60,097 nt of DNA from Candidatus Omnitrophota bacterium (GTDB lineage Bacteria > Omnitrophota > Gorgyraeia > Gygaellales > Profunditerraquicolaceae): assembly GCA_003598025.1 (NCBI GenBank), contig QZKH01000006.1, forward strand, positions 313,930 to 374,026, in the 5' to 3' direction. This document shows positions 53,696-60,097 of the stretch, piece after piece. Position 1 is the first letter of the stretch, and the number at the start of each line of letters is the position of its first letter. A model generated the notes under the pieces. It was not told the DNA's origin. It worked only from the letters and a program-made list of their open reading frames with translations, and did not search any database. Both the position numbers and the translations under genes were made by a program.

Positions 53696-54823
53696 ATGGT
53701 TTATTTCCTTAAGAAGCTGCGTTATTTTTCTTATCCGACTATTTTCTTTTTTCTTTTCCTGATAATGCCTGATATAGGTTTTGCGCAGGAAACGGTGACT
53801 ATAACCACATATTACCCTTCTCCCCAGGGGAGCTATCTGGATTTAAATGTCCAGGGAACTCTTTTGGTTGGGACAGGGGTCCCTGCTTCTCCTGTTGTAA
53901 GCCCGAGAATAGAATTTTCCCACAACACCGCTAGTAACCGTTTCCATTGGAACATCGACCAGGAGGGTGGTGCAAACGCGGCTAACCCCGTACTTCGTTT
54001 TTTCACTGAATCAAATGATAATACTACCGAGACAGAGAGGTTATTGATCGACAATAATAGCCTGGTATTTAACGATTCTACGGGTACTCAACATCTTTCG
54101 GTTGACCGCGATTCAATTATTTTTACTGGACGTGATAACACAGGGGATTTGATACTTAGGGCGCCTTCAACCGATTCTCTTGACGCAGGTGATATAAGAT
54201 TCCAGAGCTCAACAGGCAACCAGCGGGGTCGCATTTGGACGGATGACGGAGCACTGGACAGGGTATATTTAAGTTCCGGCAATAATGTCCCTAATATTAT
54301 AATCGGCGAATTGGGAAATGTTGCTATAGGTCCGTTAAGCCCGGCACCTAATGCACTTTACGCTTTAAATGTAGGCGGCATTCTGGAAGCAGTTACTTTT
54401 GGGCCGCTGCTTTGGGTCGAAATTCAGTCTGTTATAGTAGCTACGATATTGGCAACCATAACCGTAGGTTTTGTTATTGCTTTGCTCGCCAGCTCTTCAA
54501 TACGCTTTAAGAAAAACGTTAAGCCATTAAATGGAGCGCTTGATAAAATCCTTAAACTACGCGGGGTAGAATTTGATTGGAAAGAAGACGGACGTCATGA
54601 TGTAGGGATGATCGCCGAAGAGGTAGGCAGAGCATTCCCCGAACTATTAACATATGAAAAAGACGGCAAGACCATAAGGGGTTTTAGGTATGATGGTCTT
54701 ATAGGTGTGCTTGTCGAGGCTATCAAGGAACAAAACAAATTAATCAATAAACAGGCTGAAGAATTAGGTAACCTTAGAAGCAGGGTTGATAGGTTAGAAA
54801 AATCCCTTTCAGTTGCAAGATAG
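53696..54823 (+). CDS. tail-fibre-like surface protein: QETVTITTYYPSPQGSY N-module plus C-terminal Peptidase_S74-like intramolecular chaperone domain
   Basis: Signal peptide and the shared N-module. The C-terminus SSSIRFKKNVKPL...LRGVEFDWK...VGMIAEEV...PELL...YDGLIGVLVEAIKEQ plus a coiled coil matches the S74 (SD-R-K-NI ... GfiAqEv) pattern. Confidence 0.65.
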   Translation: MVYFLKKLRYFSYPTIFFFLFLIMPDIGFAQETVTITTYYPSPQGSYLDLNVQGTLLVGTGVPASPVVSPRIEFSHNTASNRFHWNIDQEGGANAANPVLRFFTESNDNTTETERLLIDNNSLVFNDSTGTQHLSVDRDSIIFTGRDNTGDLILRAPSTDSLDAGDIRFQSSTGNQRGRIWTDDGALDRVYLSSGNNVPNIIIGELGNVAIGPLSPAPNALYALNVGGILEAVTFGPLLWVEIQSVIVATILATITVGFVIALLASSSIRFKKNVKPLNGALDKILKLRGVEFDWKEDGRHDVGMIAEEVGRAFPELLTYEKDGKTIRGFRYDGLIGVLVEAIKEQNKLINKQAEELGNLRSRVDRLEKSLSVAR

Positions 54824-54848
54824 TTATTAAGCTTGCTTAGATAGGATG

Positions 54849-54883
54849 ATGGCGCTTTTTTCGTTAAAAAGGCGCCATTTTCT
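54849..54883 (+). terminator. rho-independent terminator
   Basis: ATGGCGCTTTTT / AAAAAGGCGCCAT stem with one bulge, followed by TTTT. Confidence 0.6.
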
Positions 54884-54908
54884 GTTATATAAAAAGAAAG
54901 CGCTTTCC

Positions 54909-54937
54909 TTGACATAACCCCTTACATATGTTATACT
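54909..54937 (+). promoter_or_regulatory. sigma70-like promoter candidate upstream of cvpA
   Basis: TTGACA (54909-54914), 17 nt spacer, TATACT (54932-54937). Confidence 0.45.
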
Positions 54938-54984
54938 TTAAAAAATTTTCCAAATAATTATATATAGTTAAAAAGGAGAGTTCC

Positions 54985-55563
54985 ATGCTGGTAGAGAGCG
55001 TTAAGAATTTTAACTGGGTGGATATACTTTGCATAACTCTTTTATTCAGAATATGTTACATAGGGTTTAAAAACGGTTTTGTTGTTGAGGTGTTTAAATT
55101 TTTTGGAGCAATACTGGCAATATTTATTTCCTGCCATTATTATACTGTTATATCAGATTCTCTTGTTAAGCGCTTTGGCTTAAAGAGCGTTCCTTTACAG
55201 TTTGTGGATTTTATTGTTTTTGCAGTATTAGTGAGTTTGAGTTACGCAATTTCAATTCTGTTAAGAGAACTGCTTTCACGTTTTATAAAGCTGGAGGCAG
55301 TGCAGACTTTAAATCAGTGGGGCGGCTTAGCTTTGGGGATAGCCCGGGCATTTCTTGTCACAGGGATAGTTGTATTCATGCTGTTTATCTCCTCGGTAAG
55401 TTATTTGAATAATAGCGTAAAGAACGCTTTCTTCGGCAAAAGTTTTATTAATATAGCCCCAAATACATATTCATGGATTTGGAATAATTTAATGTCAAAG
55501 TTCTTGATCCAGGATGAATTCAATAAGACTATCCTTGAAGTCCAGGAAAACCTGAAAAAATGA
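54985..55563 (+). CDS. cvpA: CvpA-family membrane protein
   Basis: NWVDILCITLLF..GFKNGFVVEVFKFFGAILAIFIS pattern with four TM segments. Confidence 0.7.
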   Translation: MLVESVKNFNWVDILCITLLFRICYIGFKNGFVVEVFKFFGAILAIFISCHYYTVISDSLVKRFGLKSVPLQFVDFIVFAVLVSLSYAISILLRELLSRFIKLEAVQTLNQWGGLALGIARAFLVTGIVVFMLFISSVSYLNNSVKNAFFGKSFINIAPNTYSWIWNNLMSKFLIQDEFNKTILEVQENLKK

Positions 55564-56432
55564 AGCTTTCGCAGCTATTCAGCCAGATAATCAAATTCGG
55601 GATTGATAAAGACCCAAGAATAAAAAAACCGCAGGACGGTAAATACTTTCCTGACAGCGCTATTTTAAATGGCGACCCGGATTTAGATATTCGTAAAATT
55701 ATGGTTGGTATTGATATCGAAGGCCCGGAGCTTATATTGGCGGATAAGCTAAGGGAACAGCAGGGCCTTGATCTGGTTATCTCTCACCACCCGGAAGGCG
55801 CAGCTTATGCATCTTTGCATCAAGTAATGAAACTGCAGGCAGATGTTCTGAATAAAATGGGGTTAAAATTTGACTTAGCCAGGAAACTGCTTGATGAACG
55901 GATGCGCGAAGTAGAAAGAAGGGTTATGTCTCAGAACCATATGCGTTCTGTTGATATCGCAAAGCTTCTTAACTTAGCATTTATTTGTGTTCATACGCCA
56001 GCTGACAACCACGTTTATAGTTTTATGAACCAGTATCTTAGAGAAGCAAAGCCAAAAAAAGTCAAAGATATAGTCGGGTTGCTCATGCAATTGCCTGAAT
56101 ACAGTCAGGCGGCTGATAATTTTTGCGGCCCTAAGATAATTTTGGGGAATCCTAATAGGCCGGTTGGGAAAGTATTAGTTGAGATGACCGGCGGTACAGA
56201 AGGCCCGAAAGAAACTTATGATAAACTGTATAAGTGCGGGGTCAGGACGCTTGTGTCTATGCATTTGAGTGAAGAACACTTTAAGAAAGTAAAGGATGTA
56301 AACCTCAACGTAGTTATAGCAGGCCATATTTCTTCCGATACTTTGGGTTTGAACCTTCTCCTTGACAGGCTCGAGAAAAAAGAAAAATTTCAATTCATTG
56401 ACTGCTCGGGTTTCCGTAGAATAAGGCGTTAA
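55560..56432 (+). CDS. NIF3-like dinuclear-metal-centre family protein (tentative)
   Basis: DLVISHHPEG, VHTPADNH and AGHISSD resemble the HHP / HTxxD / GHxxxE ligand blocks of NIF3/YbgI. Confidence 0.45.
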   Translation: MKLSQLFSQIIKFGIDKDPRIKKPQDGKYFPDSAILNGDPDLDIRKIMVGIDIEGPELILADKLREQQGLDLVISHHPEGAAYASLHQVMKLQADVLNKMGLKFDLARKLLDERMREVERRVMSQNHMRSVDIAKLLNLAFICVHTPADNHVYSFMNQYLREAKPKKVKDIVGLLMQLPEYSQAADNFCGPKIILGNPNRPVGKVLVEMTGGTEGPKETYDKLYKCGVRTLVSMHLSEEHFKKVKDVNLNVVIAGHISSDTLGLNLLLDRLEKKEKFQFIDCSGFRRIRR

Positions 56433-56458
56433 TTTAAAATTTTTACCATTTTAAAACT

Positions 56459-58219
56459 ATGGCTTCTCGTTATCCTGAAAACATTTTGGATGAGATCTTA
56501 ACCCGTATTAATATTGTAGAGGTGATACAGGACCACATCCCTCTTAAGCGCGCAGGGCGTAATTTTAAAGCGAATTGCCCTTTCCATCACGAGAAAACAC
56601 CATCTTTTATGGTTTCTCCCGATAAGCAGATTTATCATTGTTTTGGGTGCGGGGAGTCCGGTAATGCGTTTAAATTTTTAATGAAATATGACCGGCTTGA
56701 TTTCCCGGAAGCAGTAAGAGCGTTGGCAAAAAAAGCAGGCGTAGTCTTACCTGAAATTGATGCAGAAGACAAGAGGTCGGGCAGCCTTAATACCCAACTT
56801 TATAATTTGAACGGACTTGCTGTAGAGTATTATTCAAGCCTGCTTAATGCAAAAGAGGCGAAGAATGCACGCCAGTATTTTGTTAATAGGGGTATCAGCA
56901 AAGATAGCGCGTTTATGTTCAAGCTGGGTTATGCATCTGACAGCTGGGATGGCTTGAGCCTTTATCTAAGGAGTAAAGGATTTAATCTTTCTGTTATTGA
57001 GAAGGCGGGTTTGGTTATACCGCGTGAAAATGGCGGTTATTACGATAGATTCAGAAACCGGGTTATTTTCCCTATACTTGACAACAGGGAGAGAGTGGTG
57101 GCTTTTGGAGCGAGGGTGCTTGATAATTCTTTGCCCAAATATATAAATTCACCTGAAACCCCTATATATACAAAGGGGAAGAATCTTTACGGCCTGCACT
57201 TATCAAAAGACTCTATCCGGGAAAATGATTATGCAGTTATCGTTGAAGGGTATCTTGATTTTATTATGCCCTATCAGCACGGTTTTAATAATATTGTAGC
57301 TTCTTTAGGTACCGCATTGACAAGTGAACAGGTAAACCTGTTAAAAAGGTATACACATAATGCGGTCATGGTTTTTGACCCTGATACCGCAGGCGAGATA
57401 GCTACTATGCGCAGTCTTGATGTTTTTATAGAATCCGGGATGAGCGTAAAGATAGCTTCTTTGCCAAAAGGATATGACCCGGACAATTACGTCAGAAAAG
57501 AAGGTATTGAAGAGTTCAGGGCAAAGATCAGGTCAGCAGAAAGTTTATTTGATTATAAGTTAAGGATGCTTAGGTCAAGGTACGGCATAAAAGACCTGGA
57601 ATCAAAAGTTAAGATAGCAACAGAAATGCTGTTTTCAATTAATAAGGTTGATAACGCAGTTTTAAGGACCGAATATGTGAGACAGCTGGCTGACAGGCTT
57701 GATTTTAAGGAAGAGGCTTTGTTATCGGAGATGAGAAAAATAAAGAGCGAAAAAGGGAACAGTAATTCTTCCTTGGCTGTCACTAAAGTAGCTTCTGCCG
57801 GAATCAGCCCTACCGAGAAACTGCTTTTAAAGTTAATGCTTGAAGAAGAAGAATTGAGCAGGTTCATCAGGGAGAATATTGAACCCGAACATTTCTCAAG
57901 CCAGAGTGCTGCGAGGATAATTTCGCTTATGTTTGAACTTATAGACCAGGGTAGGAGCGCTAATGTAAATACGCTGGCTAATTATCTTAAAGATGATTCT
58001 ATACTTGAGGCCTTATGCGAGTCAGTATTTCTTCCTGATATTTCAGATGAAGAAAAAGAGAAAGTAGCCCAGGATTGCATTACAAAGATAAAGAAGGAAA
58101 GGACGATGATGAAGCAGCAGGAGCTGCATAATAAAATAAAACTTGCCCAGTCTAGCGGTGATCACGATAAGATAAAATTGTTGATGCAAGAATTCCACCA
58201 GTTGATAAAAACAAAATAG
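56459..58219 (+). CDS. dnaG: DNA primase
   Basis: Zinc finger CPFHHEKTPSFMVSPDKQIYHCFGCGESGN and TOPRIM motifs EGYLDF and VFDPDTAG. Confidence 0.95.
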   Translation: MASRYPENILDEILTRINIVEVIQDHIPLKRAGRNFKANCPFHHEKTPSFMVSPDKQIYHCFGCGESGNAFKFLMKYDRLDFPEAVRALAKKAGVVLPEIDAEDKRSGSLNTQLYNLNGLAVEYYSSLLNAKEAKNARQYFVNRGISKDSAFMFKLGYASDSWDGLSLYLRSKGFNLSVIEKAGLVIPRENGGYYDRFRNRVIFPILDNRERVVAFGARVLDNSLPKYINSPETPIYTKGKNLYGLHLSKDSIRENDYAVIVEGYLDFIMPYQHGFNNIVASLGTALTSEQVNLLKRYTHNAVMVFDPDTAGEIATMRSLDVFIESGMSVKIASLPKGYDPDNYVRKEGIEEFRAKIRSAESLFDYKLRMLRSRYGIKDLESKVKIATEMLFSINKVDNAVLRTEYVRQLADRLDFKEEALLSEMRKIKSEKGNSNSSLAVTKVASAGISPTEKLLLKLMLEEEELSRFIRENIEPEHFSSQSAARIISLMFELIDQGRSANVNTLANYLKDDSILEALCESVFLPDISDEEKEKVAQDCITKIKKERTMMKQQELHNKIKLAQSSGDHDKIKLLMQEFHQLIKTK

Positions 58220-58273
58220 GGCGGTATTAAATTTAGGTCGAGATATAAAATTCAAAAAACGGAGAGCCTGCAT

Positions 58274-59815
58274 ATGGAGAGGAAAGAACACAGAAGTAAG
58301 AATGTTGAGAAAATAATTGCATTAGGTAGGCAAAAAGGTTTCCTTACTTACGACGAGGTTAACAATCTCTTGCCCGATGATGTTGCTTCTTCCGAGGAGA
58401 TCGATGAGATATTTGATATATTGGGCAAAGAAGAAATAGAGATTATTGAGACAGAAGAGCAGAAGAATTCAAGGCTTCAGAGCCGGGCGCTTAAAGAACA
58501 GCTCAGCGATATATCCTCTGCTGAGGTCAGGTCTGAAGAAAGGTTCCTTCCTTTGGATGACCCTGTTAAAATGTACTTAAAGCAAATGGGATCGATCTCT
58601 CTGCTTTCCAGGGAAGATGAGATAGAGCTTGCTAAGAGGATCGAAGAAGCTGAGTATAATTTTAAAGTCTCTGCTTTGGCTTCCAGGTTTATAAGAAATG
58701 AGGTATTGAAGGTCGCACAAGATATCCTAGAAGAGAAGGCAAATCTCGAGGACATAGTAAAAGAAGATATCAAGATCAAGAGGAATAATGTATTGAGGCG
58801 CATAAAGAAATTAGTTTCACGGATAAGGAGGAAGAGGGCTAAACCGGTAAACATAGACCTGTTTTTGCAGTTTAATTTCGTTATATCGGTTATTGAGGCA
58901 TCTGTCAGAGATTTTAACTCTTTGATAAGAGAGCTGGATTATATTCAACGAAAGAAGAGAGGCTCTAGTAGCAGGAAAAAAGCAATCCTCAGGCAATTGG
59001 GAGGGGGTTCTTATGATAAAGTAAAACAACTGCAGAAATCAATTAAGGCCACTCTTCTTAGATTCAACCGTACCAAAAAGAAGCTTGTTGAAGCTAACCT
59101 TAGGCTTGTTGTCAGCATTGCCAAAAAATATACAAATAGAGGTTTATCTTTTCTGGACCTGATTCAGGAGGGCAATATCGGGCTGATGAGGGCAGTTGAG
59201 AAGTTTGAATATAAGCGGGGATATAAATTTTCAACTTACGCTACCTGGTGGATAAGACAGGCGATAACGCGTTCAATAGCTGATCAAGCCAGGACCATAA
59301 GAATACCTGTGCATATGACTGAGACGATTAATAAGATAATACGTTTCTCAAGGATCTTTGTGCAGGAAAAAGGAAGAGAGCCTACTCCTGAAGAGATTGC
59401 TTATAAGATGAGGCTGCCCCAGGAGAAAGTCAAGGCTATATTAAAAATAGCTCAGGAGCCGATATCATTACAAACTCCTATAGGAGATGAAGGGGATACT
59501 CATTTTGGAGATTTTATTCAGGATAAAAAAGCCATTTCTCCTGCGAATGCTACAGTTAGGTCTATGCTCAAGGAAGAAATGGAATCAACACTCTCTACCC
59601 TTACTGATAGGGAGCGTAAGATATTGATATTGCGCTTTGGTATAAGTGACGGTTGTCCACGCACATTGGAAGAAGTGGGTAATATTTTTAAGGTCACCCG
59701 TGAGAGGGTGCGCCAGATAGAAGCAAAAGCCCTAAAGAAATTAAGGCATCCAACTCGTTCTAGAAGGCTGCGTACCTTTCTGGATATGACCATTGCTCAT
59801 CAAAGAGAGTACTAA
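58274..59815 (+). CDS. rpoD: primary RNA polymerase sigma factor
   Basis: Region 2 motifs [34 protein letters not shown] and the region 4.2 [33 protein letters not shown]. dnaG-rpoD synteny. Confidence 0.95.
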   Translation: MERKEHRSKNVEKIIALGRQKGFLTYDEVNNLLPDDVASSEEIDEIFDILGKEEIEIIETEEQKNSRLQSRALKEQLSDISSAEVRSEERFLPLDDPVKMYLKQMGSISLLSREDEIELAKRIEEAEYNFKVSALASRFIRNEVLKVAQDILEEKANLEDIVKEDIKIKRNNVLRRIKKLVSRIRRKRAKPVNIDLFLQFNFVISVIEASVRDFNSLIRELDYIQRKKRGSSSRKKAILRQLGGGSYDKVKQLQKSIKATLLRFNRTKKKLVEANLRLVVSIAKKYTNRGLSFLDLIQEGNIGLMRAVEKFEYKRGYKFSTYATWWIRQAITRSIADQARTIRIPVHMTETINKIIRFSRIFVQEKGREPTPEEIAYKMRLPQEKVKAILKIAQEPISLQTPIGDEGDTHFGDFIQDKKAISPANATVRSMLKEEMESTLSTLTDRERKILILRFGISDGCPRTLEEVGNIFKVTRERVRQIEAKALKKLRHPTRSRRLRTFLDMTIAHQREY

Positions 59816-59859
59816 GGCGCGTTAATCATTCTGCCGATATTTTTGACTATAATTTTGGC

Positions 59860-59888
59860 TTGCCAAAATTCCTATCTCATAGTAATAT
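59860..59888 (+). promoter_or_regulatory. promoter candidate upstream of tRNA-like region
   Basis: TTGCCA (59860-59865), 17 nt spacer, TAATAT (59883-59888). Confidence 0.3.
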
Positions 59889-60000
59889 ATACTTCTTACA
59901 AAAAATCGGTAATATCCGGACCCATAGCTTTCTTTTGTCCCCCAACCAAAGAAACTTTGGGGCTTCAGAGAGACTGCTATGTAGGATTATTATAGATTCG

Positions 60001-60097
60001 GGCCCATAGCTCAGCGGTAGAGCAGCTCCGACGCTCACTTCCGGTTCGGTCGGAGCCCCGACTTCTGACGTTCACTAAGATTCTGTCGGAACGTCGG
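60001..60097 (+). other. tRNA-like 5' segment followed by non-canonical hairpins (truncated by window end)
   Basis: GGGCCCA-TA-GCTC-AGCGGTA-GAGC-A is a perfect acceptor 5' strand plus D-arm. What follows (GCTCCGAC..16 nt..GTCGGAGC) is not a 7-nt anticodon loop, and no T-arm is visible before the edge. Confidence 0.3.

Overview
This is a 60.1-kb bacterial chromosomal window of moderate-to-low GC. Every credible gene, about 60 CDS plus one tRNA, lies on the + strand. The lineage cannot be determined from sequence alone; gene content suggests an uncultivated PVC/Omnitrophota-like organism, which is a low-confidence inference. From 0 to 18 kb there is a biosynthetic and housekeeping super-cluster: an IDH/IPMDH-family fragment, asd, truA, rplM-rpsI, argCJBDFGH, lysA, dapF-dapA-dapB-dapL, folK, panC and nadX. 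From 18 to 25.5 kb lie uvrA and a TPR protein with an ExbB/ExbD/TonB-like module. From 25.9 to 36.1 kb there is a type IV pilus / type II secretion-like filament locus, followed by tRNA-Ala(CGC). From 36.6 to 41.9 kb lie an AmmeMemoRadiSam pair, a DsbD-like membrane protein, rsmE and mtaB. The stand-out region is 42.4-52.7 kb, an expanded His-Xaa-Ser (Hxs)-type radical-SAM locus. It holds two HxsD-like genes, an HxsB-like SPASM enzyme, a secreted Cys-rich protein, a 106-aa precursor carrying HNSHTSHSSHGSHGSHS plus a Val/Thr/Ala tail, two B12-domain radical-SAM enzymes, three small HxsC-like radical-SAM paralogues and an A24 aspartic peptidase. The locus is bracketed by two secreted proteins that share an N-terminal QET-x-TITTYYPSP-x-GSY module; one of them ends in a Peptidase_S74-like tail-fibre chaperone domain. 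From 55 to 60 kb lie cvpA, a NIF3-like gene, dnaG-rpoD and tRNA-like fragments at the window edge. Non-genic structure includes dispersed tandem heptamer arrays of (A/G)GTTCA(T/C), found both at gene junctions and in frame inside lysA and dapF. There is also a 107-bp dispersed repeat in two inverted copies, one of them inside the radical-SAM locus, and a trio of CC-GACAA-GG hairpins after tRNA-Ala. All functional calls are motif recognition by eye. No database searches were run.
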